The position numbers and the translations under genes were made by a program. Below are positions 11,259 through 23,505 of a stretch of 64,000 nt of DNA, one piece after another. The stretch is from Cyanophora paradoxa CCMP329 (lineage: Eukaryota; Plantae; Glaucophyta), in NCBI GenBank assembly GCA_004431415.1, contig QPMI01000227.1, positions 1 to 64,000 of the forward strand, given 5' to 3'. Below the pieces are notes generated by a model that saw nothing but the letters and a program-made list of their open reading frames with translations, ran no database searches and was not told the origin of the DNA. Position 1 is the first letter of the stretch. Each line of letters starts with the position of its first letter.

Positions 11259-12903
11259 CTAAGCGGAGAGGACGCCGGCCTCGCGGATGGCGGGGCCGCC
11301 GACGCGCTGGCTCAGGTTGGGCGTGGCCCGTCCCACGCCGGCCCCCGCCCCCGCGATCTCCCCGATGGAGGCGGGCGCCCCGCCGGCGAAGGGCGGCGAG
11401 GCCGGGGCGGGGGCCCCTTGGCGGGCCGAGGGCCCCGCCGGCTCGGGCCTGCTCATCAGGCTCCGCTTCTCCTTGCTGGGGGCCTCCTCGTCGCTGCGCG
11501 GCGGCGGCGGGTGAGGGGCGGGCGGTGCGGGGCGGGGGCCGCGCGGGGCGCACTCGTCCTCGTCGGAGGAGTCGTCGTACTGGGCCGGGGGCCGGCGGCG
11601 GCGGGCGATGATGGGCCGCACGAAGATCATGTAGAGGAAGACGACGGCCATGAAGCCGGCCACCGAGGCGACCGCGATGATCAGGTTGTAGTTCGGCTTC
11701 CCCTCCGTGTCCTGCTGGAAGCTCAGGTCCAGCTGGATCCCGGGGTACGCCGCCTCGTAGCCCGCCGAGTTGTTCACGACCACGTTGAAGAAGACGCGCT
11801 GCGTCCCGCGGAAGGGCGGCGACTGGAACTGCAGCGTGTACGGCGGCTCCTTCTGCCGCCCCGTCCTGGGGTCGAGCGGGGGGATGAACTTCTGCGGCGG
11901 GTTGGAGACCTGCGGGGCCGGTGAGGGGTCGCGGGAGGAGTCGGGCGGGGCGGGGGGCGGGCCTGGGCGAGGCCGAGGGCGACGAGGCGCTTGATGCCGC
12001 AGGCGGTGGTCATGTAGCCGATGTCCGTGTCGAGCGTCCCGCTGGGCAGCACGATCCAGTAGGCGCTGTACACGAGGTCCCGCACGGCGTCCCCCGTGCT
12101 CCCGTCCGCCCGCACCGCCGGGTCGTCCGCCGACACGAACTGGACGGTCACGGAGCCGTCGATCGAGCTCTGCTGCGCCGCGATCGTCCCGTTCGACATG
12201 ACCGACCCGTTGTTGACCTGCAGCAGGTTCCGCGTCGGCATCTGCGGGAACGACGGCCGCGGCTCCAGCGCCGTCCCTGCAAACCGAAGAAAGGAAGATA
12301 AGCAGGCGGATGAGGGGCGGGGGCGGGTCGATGCGCGCTGGCCGCCGCGCACCATCGACGAGCTTGGGGCGGACGATCATAGATACGCGGAAGAAGGGCT
12401 GCTTGTTGATTCCGTTGAACGTTGGGCTGCCCGGGTTCTTGAGCTTGCCCCCGATGCCCACGTACGTGATCCGCGAGGTCAGCCCGTTCGCGTCTGTCAT
12501 GGACACCTCCTTCACGTCCACGTTGTCGGTCGGGTTCCTGATCCCCCCGCTCTGTATCCTCGACCGCGTCGGGTCCCTCGACACAAACACGTCCACATAG
12601 CCCGCGCACATCTCCACCCTGACCTTCGCCTGCGCGTCGGGGGATTCAGCGCTCAGCGGCATGCGGTCGGGCGGCTCCACGCGTGCGATAGCGGACCTTT
12701 GCGTTGAACAGATCGGTCCTGGTCGGATCGAAAGAGTACGAATACACGGCTAAATTGGTCGGGGCGACCGAGCCGTCGACCGGTAGGGTATTGTCCTCCA
12801 GCGCTATGGCTGGCGCCAGGCTGTCGGTGTACGTCTGCCCGTAGCCGCCCCCAGCTATTCCGAGGGTCAGGATCAGCACGGCGAGCAGGCCCCGCCTATC
12901 CAT
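11259..12903 (-). CDS. orphan type I membrane protein (signal peptide, one TM helix, Pro-rich tail)
   Basis: MDRRGLLAVLILTLGIAGGGYG signal; TM LIIAVASVAGFMAVVFLYMIFV followed by RPIIARRRR; several introns. Confidence 0.7.
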
Positions 12904-13146
12904 GATGGGTTCAAGCTCCGCGATCGAGATCCCTGCTGCTGGATGCTGTGTGCTGTTAGCTCAGGACGGCTGCTGCCCGCTCTCAGCTGCCCGCACTTGC
13001 AAGTGAAGCTAGGGCGCCATGCAGGGGCGCGAGCTAAGATGCAAGATACGATGGTGCTGCTCGATCCCCGGGCCTCAATTCGTCTAGTTGAGCCGGCCGA
13101 GCAAAAGTTGCTGGGGAGGGGTAGAGGATCTGGAGGCGCATGCACC

Positions 13147-16100
13147 ATGCGGAGTGAAGCGCCGCTGCTGGGTCCGTTCAGCTGTGGATGCGCACAGGAG
13201 GGCGAATGATTAGCTGACAGCTGATTGCGCGCAGCCGCGCTCTTTTTCGCCGTCCTCGCCGCCTCGTCAGCCCAGACGCTAAGCGTTGCGAGCTACCCCG
13301 CAAACGGCACATCTCCTCTGTGCGCTCCGCACCCCGCGCGACTCGCAGCCGCAATCTCATCGTACGCGCAGGCTCGTCTTCTTCGTGGACAGCACAGGCC
13401 CGGCGGACGCGCCGCTCCTGATGCACGCTTTCTTCTCCTCGCAGTGTTCGCCGCTGAGGCGCGCACACGCAGATCGCTGCCGAGCCAAGATCGCGGCTGC
13501 AGCTCGCTCAGACATGCACTGCACGAGAGCGGCCCGTTCGTCTTTGATGGCGGGGGCGCGCTCGTCGAGAATGGAAGCCCCTGGAGCTCGCTCTTCGCGC
13601 TTGCCTACGTCGAGCGGCCGGCCGGCGATGCGGCGCCGGTTGACGCAGCGCGCGTGACGCTGGTCGCTCGAGCGATCGCGTCGGAGCAGCGGCATTCCGG
13701 CCGCGATGTGTATCTTCTTGGTCACCACGGCGCCGGTCCGCCGTGCCCCTCGCTGCGCCCGGCCGCGCGGGGCCGTGCCCGTCCGGCCGGCGCCGGCGGG
13801 GCACTCCTGAGTCGCACGGCCAGCGCGGCTGCTGGTGGGCGTTGCGAGTGGGCTGCAGGGGGCGCTGGGGCGGCGTGTGCGGGGGGCGGTGGCGGCGCGG
13901 GGGCAGCTGGACGTTCTGCGGGAGGCGAACGCGACGCTGGGCTTCCTCAACGCGAACGGCGTCCTCGACCGCTGGGTCGACGAGCCCCCGCGCTAGAGCA
14001 CGCGAGTCGTTCTGACGTTGGCGCAGGACCTCGCCGAGCTCCGCGCCGACCTCGCGTTAGCATCCGCCGCCCGCCTCGTCCGCCCCCGCCCCGCCCCGCA
14101 CTGCGCCCCGCCCCGAGCCGCCCCGCAGAAGGGCGACCTCGCGGCGGCGCGGGAGGGGCACGCGGCGCTGCGGCGGCGCATCGCGGCCAAGCATGGCGGC
14201 CTCGCCCTCGGCGGTGCCGGCCGCCCAGCCCCCGCCACGCGCCCGCGCCGACGCGCCGGCAGACGCACGCGCGATGGGCCAAACCAGCCTCGCGGCGGGC
14301 CTGGCGCGCCTCTACGGAGCCGCGGGGCAGCGAACGCGGGCGCGCTGGCCGTGCAGGTGCGGGGCGGGGTGCGGGCGGGGCCGGGGGCCGCGGCGACGGG
14401 GCCGGCGCAGTGCGCGGAGGGGGCGGACGGGGACGTCCAGTGGGACGCCGAGGCGCTCGGGGAGCCGCAGGGCGGGGCCTCCCTCCAGCCCCTCGCCGCC
14501 GCCGGCCTCCTCGTCTACGCCTACGGTCCGCCCCGCTCCGCCCCGCCCGCCCCGCCCGCGGGGGCGACGGGGCGCAGGGGGCAGTGGGACTGGGGCGCGC
14601 CGCCGGCGACGCTCGAGGCGCTCCTCGACCTCCGCGCGTGCGCCGGCCGGCCCTCGCGCGGGGCGGGCTCAGGGGCGGGGCAGGGTGCGGAAGGCGGGGC
14701 TGGTGGCGGGGGCCGCCGCGTGGGCTCCCTCAAGGAGGCCGGGCCCGCGCGCGCCGCCCTCTTCATGGAGGCCTCCGGCTTCCCCTCCCGCGAGCGCGCC
14801 GCCCCGCCCGCCCCGCCCGCCCCGCCCGCCCCGTCCGCCCGCACTCAGCGAGACGCGCGCAGCTACCCGCAGGCCGCCCTCGACCTCCTCCGCCGCCTCG
14901 TGCAGGCCCCGCGCGCCCCCGCCGCCCTCCACACCCGCTCCCGCCCCTCTTCCCACCAGCCCCCCGCACCCAGCCCCGCCGGCAGCGCGGATTCCTCCCC
15001 CTCCCTACGGGGCCCCCTCCGCCCCTCCTTCTTGCTCCCTCATCGCCGCCTCGCGCGCCCGGCGCGGCCCGAGCCGCCTCGAGGGCGCTTCGCGGGGGCG
15101 GGGAGGGGGCGAGGGCAGCCGCGGCGGGCGCTGGCGCAGGCGGCGACGTGCGTGAACAACCTACCGGGGCTCCCCCCTGAGCTGTGCGCCCCCCAGGCGG
15201 GCCGCGGGGGCGGTGTGCGCTGAGGGCGGGGCAGGGCGGGGGTGTACGGGGCGGGGTGCCGGATGCGGACGGGGTACCTGACGGCGAGCATCGCCTCCCG
15301 CCCCGACCTCCTCTCCTCCCTCTTCTACTGGTTCATCGAGAGCCGCCACCCCGACCCCTCCTCCCCGCTCCTCATCTGGCTCAACGTCCGCCCCGCCCCG
15401 CCCCGCCTGCCCCGCGCGGCGGCCTCCGAGGGGCGCGCAGGGCGGCCCCGGCTGCTCCTCCCTCTTCGGGCTCCTCCACGAGAACGGCCCCTTCCAGGTG
15501 CGCCGCGCCGCCTCCGCTGCGCGTTCCGCGCCAATGCTTCGCAGGTCGCCAGCGACGGCTCCCTGCGCGCGAGCGCCACCGGCTGGTTCGGCGCCCCGCC
15601 CTCCTGCGCGGCCCGCGTCGGAGGGGCGGGGGCGCAGGAACCAGCACAACGGGGTGGTGTACATCGACCAGCCGGTGCACACGGGCTTCTCGCAGGCGGC
15701 GGGGAACAGCTTCGTGCGCACCAGCGAGGAGGCCGGCGAGCTCCTCTACGAGAGGCACGCACGCCCGCCACCGCGCCCCCCGTGGGCATTGCCGCCTGAG
15801 CGCGAGGCGGCGCAGCCTGCAGCAGCTCTACGACGGGAGTCCCGAGCTGCGTGACCGGCCCCTCTTCATCGCCGGCGAGAGCTACGCCGGCCACTGTGCC
15901 CCGCCCCGCCCCGCCCGCCCCCCCGCCTCCGGGCGACCGGGTCGGCGCAGACATCCCCGCCTTCGCCGCCTACATCATCGCCGTGAGCGCCCGCCCCGTC
16001 CCCGCCCTCCCCCGCCGCGCGAGCCGCGAGGCAGGGGAACGCGGCGGGGCGGCGGCGTGTGCCCCTCGAAGGCATCGCCATCGGCAACGCTTGGATCGAC

Positions 16101-17804
16101 GCCGGGCCCCAGGTGCCGTGCCGCCCCCGCCCCTTCTCGGGCCCGCGGCCGGCCCCCGACGGCGGGGCGGGGCACAGATGGAGGGGTACGTGAACATGTA
16201 CTACTCGGTGCGGGCCCCGCCGGGCGACCTCGCGCCCCTCACGGGGCCCCTGCAGCTGGGGTTTCTGGACGGGCGGGAGCGGGACGAGCTGCTGGAGCGC
16301 GAGCGCCGCGTCGTGCAGCTCTGCGCCCGCGGCGACGCGCACGGGTGCAGCCAGGTCGGCCCCCCCCCCCCCCCCCCCCCCCCCCTTTCTGCATCTCCCG
16401 TGCCGACAAACCCCCTAAGGCCACCGACTCCCTCATGGCGGGTGAGTGACGAACCAGGGCACCCAGACGATGCCTCCAGAGCGGGGCCGTTCCAGCCTCG
16501 CCGTCGCTCAGTTGGGCTCGCTCTGGGCGACGGGACGCTGAGCAAGTGCGGCAGGGATCAGCGGGGCGGCCGCGCAGAGCTACGACATCGACGACCTGCG
16601 CAATGTGCGGCCCGGGCGGGGGACGCCGCGGGGAGCGCTGCGGGGGGCCTCTGAGGGGTCGGGGGGCAGGAGCGGGAGCCGCGGGACGCGCTGGCGGGCT
16701 ACCTGAACCGCCCCGACGTCCTGCGCGCCCTCCAGGCCCCCGCCGCCCGCCCCTGGGCCGAGTGCGACGACCCCGTGCGCCCGCCCCGCACCCCCCGCGC
16801 CCCGCCCCCCGACCCCGCTGCCCCCGCCCTCAGCCCTTCTACCCCCTCTACGACGACCAGTCGCGCCCCCTCTCCCCGCTCCTCGACCGCGTCCTCCGCG
16901 CGGGGTCAGCCCCGGCGCCTCTCTTGCGCGCCGCCCGCAGCGAGCGCCGCGCGCAGCGTGCGGACGCTGCTCTACAGCGGCAACTTCGACGGGAACGTGC
17001 CGGCCGCCACCGAGGAGGCCCGCCCCGCCCCGCCCCGCCCCGCCCCGCCCCCCTTGACGCCCCGCAGAACGTCCTCCATGCTCTCACCGCCCCCGCCGCC
17101 GCCGCCCTGCGCGCCGCCCCCGGCGGCTCCCGCCCCTGGCGCCTCGACGGCCGCACGGTCGGGTGCACTGAGCGAGGGGCGGGTGCTGGGACGGGGGTGA
17201 CGGGGCGGGGGCGGGGACAGGTGGGTGCGGGGCGGGTCGGGCCTGGACTGGGTGCGGGTGTTCGGGGCGGGCCACATGGTGCCCACCGACGAGCCGGCCG
17301 TCGCCCTCGAGCTCATCGAGCGCTTCCTCTGGTGCCCCCGCCCCCCAGGCCTCTCCCCGCGACCCGCCCCTCACCCGCCCCCGCCAGGCGCGCCGACTAC
17401 ACCGACGGGCCCAGCGGCCGCGCCTACGACGCCGCCGCGAGGGCCAAGGGGCCCGTCGTCGCCGCCCCCGCCGGCGGCTTTCCGGTGCCGCAGCCGCCCC
17501 GCGCCGGGGCGGGGCGGCGGGCTCAGAGGCTGCGCAGCGCTGGGCGGCGGCGCTGGTCGGCGTGGTGGCGGGCCTCGCGGCCCTCGCGGTGGCCGTCGCC
17601 GTCGCGCTCATCGTGCGGCGGCGGCGCGTGGCGGCGGCCGCGCGCGCTGCGGGGGCCTTCACGTTCAGCGTGTTCGGGGAGGAGGGGGAGGCGCTGCGGG
17701 GCCGCGAGCTGGGCGAGCTCCCCACGGCGGGCGCCTTCGACGCGAGCAAGCTCGAGTACGCCCTCGATGACGACGACGAGGAGGCCGCCCTCACCCGCCT
17801 CTAG
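13147..17804 (+). CDS. Kex1-like serine carboxypeptidase (S10) with N-terminal degenerate S10 domain and C-terminal TM helix
   Basis: LFYWFIES, PLLIWLN|GGPGCSS, ENGPF, YIDQPVHTGFS, GESYAGHY, GIAIGNAWID, YSGNFD, GAGHMVP; TM VVAGLAALAVAVAVALIV-RRRR; acidic tail. Confidence 0.85.
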
Positions 17805-17961
17805 CGCCCCGCCCCGCCCCCGCCCCGCCCCCCCGCCACCGCACCGACTGCACCCCCATGCACCTCTCGTCCCGGGGCTCGCTCATTTGCATGATGCGGG
17901 GGAGGCGGCTGCGGGGAGCAGGGGCGAGGGGGGCGGCCGGGGCGGGGCGGGCGGGCGGGGG

Positions 17962-20900
17962 TCAGAGGCCCTCGGTGTCCTCCTCGTCGGGCCCCTCGTC
18001 CACGATCGCCAGCGACTCCTCCCCCGGCCCCGCTCCCCCGCCGCTCGCCCCCAGCTTCGCGAACGAGAACGGGCTCCCCGTCGCTTCCGCGCCCCCTGCC
18101 GCCGCCGCCGCCGCCGGCGGCGCTACGGCCGCAGGAGTTGTGGGCGCGGCTGCGGCGGCCTTGACGGAGGTCGAGGCTGCTGCCGCCACGGCAGGGGCGG
18201 CAGGCGCCACCGCCGTGGGCGAGGCTGCTGCCGCCACGGTTGGGGCGGCTGCTGTTGAGGCGAGGCTGCGCTGTTCGCTAGGCTTCGCGACCGCCGCCGA
18301 CGTCGCAGCCGAAGGGGCCTGCGGCGCCGGGGCCGGCGCCGGCCCGGGCTCCGGCGGCGGGGGTCGCGCCTCGGGCAGGCTGCCGCTGTCAGGGGCCCAC
18401 GCTGCGCGGTGCTTCTCGGAAAAGGCGGCCGGAGGGTGAGGGGCCGCCGGAGAGGCGACCGGAAGGGGAGCAGAGGCGGGGTTGTGGGCGGGGACGGTGG
18501 TGGGGGCGGCGGGGGGCCGTCTAGGAGGGCGTCGGGGGCGGGGCGGGCGGCGGCGCGGCGGTGCGCTTCGCGCTCGGCGGCGTACACGGCGAGGGCCGGC
18601 GCGTAGAGCGGCGCCGCCCGCGCGTGCAGCAACCCCTCCAGCGCCGCCACGCCGGCGGCGGCCGCCGCCCGCGCCTCCCCGTCCGCGTCGCCGGCGGCGG
18701 CGGCCGCAGGGCGCGCAGCAGCGGGCCCAGCGTCGCCGCCTCGTGCAGCGAGGGGGAGCCCGCCGAGGCGGCCGCCGCGCGCAGCGCCGCGCGCCGCCGC
18801 CGCAGGAGGAGCCCCGGGGCCATGCGAGGACGGGGGCGGCCGGTGCGGCGGCGGCGGCGGGGGCCGGCGGGGGGGCGAGGGCGAGGAGGAGCGCGGCGTC
18901 GATCTGGTGGCGCGCCGCGTCGGAGAGGAGCGGCCCGCACGCCGCGAGCCCCGCCGCGAGCACTGCGCCCCGTCACGCGAGCGCCTTGGAGGCGGCGGGG
19001 GCGGCGCACCGTTGAGGGCAGCCTCGGAGAGGGCCGCCGCCGCCGCGAGGTCCCCGGGGCCGGCCCCCTCGCCCGCTGCCACCGCGGGGCCGGGGGTCGG
19101 ACCCGCCCGCCGCGCGCGCTTCGAGGGCCGTTGCGCGGCGGGGGCAGCGGGGCCGGGCTCCGGGCGGCCTGCGGGGCGCCGTGGGCGGCGGCAAGGAGCG
19201 GGACGAGGTCGACGGGCCCGGCGAGGGCGGCGGCGGCGAGGGGCGGGCGGGTGCCGGGCGCGGTGGGGCCTGGGGGCAGCGAGGGGAGGAGGGCGTCGGC
19301 GAGGAGGTGCGGCAGCGCCGGCTCCACGAGCGGCCCCGCGCACGCCGCCCCGAACGCCTCCACCGCCGCCCCGCCAGCGAGTACGCCCCCGCCGCCGCTC
19401 CCCGCTACCCCGAGTCAGCCGACGGCGCGGTCAAGGGTCGCAGGGCGGCGCGGGGGGCGCGCCTGGTGCCCGGGGTGGTGCGCTGGAGGACGGCGAGGGC
19501 GGCGCGGCACACCTCGCCCCCGAACGGCGCCGCCTGCCGCCCTAGCCTGCGTGCGCGTGAGCGGGGCGGCGGGGCGGGCGGGGCGGTGCGGGCGCGCGTG
19601 GCGAGAGCGGCGGCGAGGGTGGCGGCGGCCTCGGTGTGAATGGCGGGGAGGGCGGCGAGGACGGCGGCGCTCGACGGCGCCTCCTCGCTCGGCATCGCGT
19701 CCTGCCCGCGGGCGGCGGTCGGCGGGCGGCGGGCGGCGGGCGGGGCGGGCGGGGCGGGCGGGCGGGGCGGGGCGGGCGGACGCGGGCGACGGCGTCGACG
19801 GCGAGGAGGCGGCAGCAGAGGGTCACGAGCCGCCGCGTGGGCACCGCCACCGCCCCGCCCCCGGGCGCCTCCCGCAGCAGCGCCCGCGCCGCCCCCGCCG
19901 TGGCCCCGAGGCGGCGGACGAGGATGGGTCCCCGCGCCGCCTCCCGCTCAAGGGCGGCGAGCCGCGGCAGCTCCAGCCGCTGCAGGCACTCCGCCGCCGC
20001 CGCCGCCGCCCCGCCGCCCCCGCCTGGCCCCGCCCCGCCCCGCCCTCCACCGTCGCCGCCGCCGCTTGCGTCGCGAACGCCGCAAAGTCTGCGGCGCCAG
20101 CCCCCCGCGGTCGGTAAGCCGAGACGGGGCGAGGCGGGGCGGGGCAGGGCGGGGTGGACCGTGGTCGGCGGCGCTGAGGATGGCGGCGGCGGTGCGGTGG
20201 GCGGCGTCGAGGAGGGCGCGCATGCAGGCGGCCCAGGCGTCGTGGGCGCCCGCGCAGGCGGGGAGCAGCGCGAGGCAGCGGCCGGCGCGCTCGCGCACGG
20301 CGTCGCCGGGGCTGTCGAGCAGCGCCAGCAGCGCCCCCTGCAGCCGCTCCACGTACGCCCGCAGCGACGTCGTCAGCGCCCGCGCCGTCGCCTCCGCGCA
20401 AGCCAGCGCCGCCTCCTGCCGCCCCCGTCGGCGCCGCACGGCAAGGCGCCAGGCAAGACGGCGAGGCAAGCGCGGCACCTGGCAGCCGTCGGTGCCTAGC
20501 ATCTCGAGGAGGCGCGGCACGTAGCGAGTGACCACGGAGGTCGTAAGCTCGCGCCGCATCTGCGGGTCGCTCCCCGATCGCTGCACAACGTCGGCGAGGG
20601 CCAGCGCCGCCGCCGCTTGGACCAGAGGTGCCTCTGAAGCCTTCCCGCCCCACGCGTGAGCCGCGCTGGATGGGGGGAGTGCTTGCTTAGGTCGGCCCAC
20701 CTTGCTGACAAAGAAGAGCGCCGAGGTCACCTGCTGGAAGCTAGAGCTGAACACGGGCTGATCGCACTGGCGCATCGTCGAGCCGAGCAGCAGGGCGCCG
20801 GCCCGGCGCGCGAGCGGGTTGCTGCTTCGAACGAGGGCCTGAAGCGAATGTGAGCACCGGAAACTCCTCGCGAGGGAAGGGGGAGAACTTCAGTTACCTG

Positions 20901-21196
20901 CAGGCGCGACATCCAGCGCTTGAGCGCCGCTGCGTGAGCCGCATCGCCTTCAACGCCTCGTGCTAGCGAGTGCGCGTGCATGGCCAAAATGACGTCAGCG
21001 CAGGCCAGGCCTGCCGCGTGATCGTCCGCGAGGGGCCCGCCCAGCAGGTGGTCGAGCAGGACGATCTTCGCGATCGGCGCAGCGCATGTAAGCGCAATGC
21101 CCCGCGCATGCTAACGCGCGTGCTCGGAGGGCGCTCCGGCGTACGGACCTTGGCGCCCGCATCACCGAGGTAGAGCGAGGCCCTGTCGAGCGCCAT
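17962..21196 (-). CDS. PELP1/Rix1-like pre-60S factor
   Basis: helical N-terminal region ([40 protein letters not shown]) and C-terminal [12 protein letters not shown] motif, both resembling the Rix1/PELP1 family. Confidence 0.65.
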
Positions 21197-21349
21197 GCCT
21201 CCTTTCGGCGAGGGGGCCACTAGAGGAAGAAGAGCTGCGTATTGATAGCACAGACGGACTACACTACAAGCCGAACTGCGCTGTGACTCGGCCTGGTTCT
21301 AGAATTCGCGTACCCTGTGGGTTGCGAGAAGAAGAAAGAAGAACACAGC

Positions 21350-23020
21350 ATGGGGCGAAAGAAGATCCGCATCGAGCGCATCGCCGACGAAAGAAATCGG
21401 CAGGTGGGACGACACGGCCCGCGTCCGAGCCGTGCCTCGTGAAGTCGCCGATCCGCTCATTTGCCTGGCAGGTCACGTTCACGAAACGGAAAAACGGCCT
21501 CATGAAGAAGGCCATGGAGCTCTCTGTCCTTTGCGACTGCGAAATAGCCCTGATCATCTTCAACTCCAATAGCAAGCTCTTCCAGTACTCCAGCACGGAT
21601 ATGGACAAGATTCTACTGAAGTACTCACAGTACAACGAGCCCCATGAGCGCCGCAGCAACCTCGACGTGCGTCCGCGGTCCCCCCCACGAATCCCTGAGG
21701 AGCCGGGCTGTTTTCTAGCTTAGCTAACGATTCCTTTCGTATACAGTACGACAAGATTTACGGAAGTCAGAAGCACAAGGAAGACAAGCCTTTGCCGTCC
21801 CACTACCCTGTGGCGTCTAGCTCCGCGCCGCAAGCCCCGCCTCCACCGCAGCCCAGCGCAGTGGCCCACCCGCAGCCCCAATTGGCCGTGCCCAACCCAG
21901 TTGTCCCAGTGCAGTTGCCGAACGGGCCCGCGCCGTCCGTGTCTGGTCTGGGCGGAGCAGGCCCGGGACAGAACCTTCAGAGCACCATCGGGCTTCAAAA
22001 CGATCCTAAGGTCTACGATGTCATAACACCCCGAACAGAGCAGCGCCTTTTCGGGGACAACTTCATCGATGTACGTGCTCGCCTCGGCTGATTGACCGGA
22101 CTGTCATCCTGACGCCTGGCGCAGGCTGCTGATCTGGATATTGGGGTTGAGCTAGAGCGTGCGGCGAGCATGCCGGGCGCTATGGGAACGCCTGGGGACT
22201 CCAAGCGCGGCCCAAAGAAGAACCTCACAGTCCAGATCCCCAACCAAGGATCGCATGGCGTCGCTGTCGTGTCCAACCCGCCGGCAGCGGAGAAAGGGAA
22301 GGTCAGAAAGGGTTTCCGGGGCGATCCCTCCGTCGACGTTACCCTGAAGTTTGATCTCGGCAGGGCGCTGCAATCCCTGCGGTGCAGGCTTCGGCGTCTG
22401 GCGTACAGGCTGGAAACGTAAAGCCGGTCAGCGTTGTAGCGGGAGGCTCCTCTGTGGACGTCGCGGCGGCCGCGAAAGCGGCTCTGCAGGTGCCTGAGGG
22501 CAGCCCATCGGGCGACGGAGGAGTGCCGGGCCTTCCGACCTTCTCGGCACGCGGAGGGGAGCTTACGACTCCAGGATTTCCGATACCCGACACGCCCCTG
22601 CAGCTCAAGCAGCACACCTTGACGGCCGGCTTCGGCTCCCCCTGCTCAGCTTTGGTGGCCGACTTGCCCGCCGCTCAAGAAGCCCTTGGCTTGCCCGACA
22701 TCAACACTCCTCTCACTATTTCCACTCCCACTGCTGGCTTCCCATGGCCTTCCCCGAATGCAGCGGCCGCAGCTTCAGCGAGCGCCTCGCAATCAGTGCG
22801 GCGATGCCCCATGCCGCGTGTTGCCCTCTCCTGACGATGGCCGCGTTCACAGTTCTTCCAGCAGTCATCGCGGACAAGATCGGACGAGTGTGATGCGTGC
22901 GCTCCTTCCAGCGCGCCGTCGTATCTTGCCCGTCCTCACAACCCCTGCGGCAGCGGTGGCACTGGCGGTGCGGAGGAGCCTGCAAGCAAGCGCCAGCGAG
23001 TGAAGATGGAGGGAGAATAA
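21350..23020 (+). CDS. MEF2: MEF2-type MADS-box transcription factor
   Basis: [18 protein letters not shown]|[59 protein letters not shown]. Confidence 0.93.
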
Positions 23021-23505
23021 ACTCCGTCGCCCTCGCCCGCCTAGACTCAGTCGCCCTCGCCCACCCCTTCCCAGCCGCCTCGCCCATGCAGGTATGGCCT
23101 GCGCATCGCACCCGGCCTGCAGCCCCTTCCTGCCCCCCTGCACACCCGCCGCCCTCGCCGCCCCCCTGTAAGCTGCCGCAGTGCAAGAAACTACAGCTGC
23201 TAGCTGCGCAAATCTTGTTGTCTGCGATGCATGCAGAGCTGCTGTACTGCAGACAAAGCGACTGCAGACCGAGGGAGTCGGTGAGGTCAACGCATACGTC
23301 GAATTCGAAGCGGTTCTGCGGCGCCGGTCTCACCCGCGCCCCCCCCCCCCCCCTTTCACGACGGGTACGCCGGCAACTTTTCAAGGCTTCGGTGCAGACG
23401 TGCACGCTGCCGCAGTGCTTGCGCCTTTGAGGCATTGATCATAACCAGCTTGCGCGGACCTGCAGCCTTGCTTTAGCAAGAGAGCGCTCGTTCAGGAGAG
23501 CCCAG

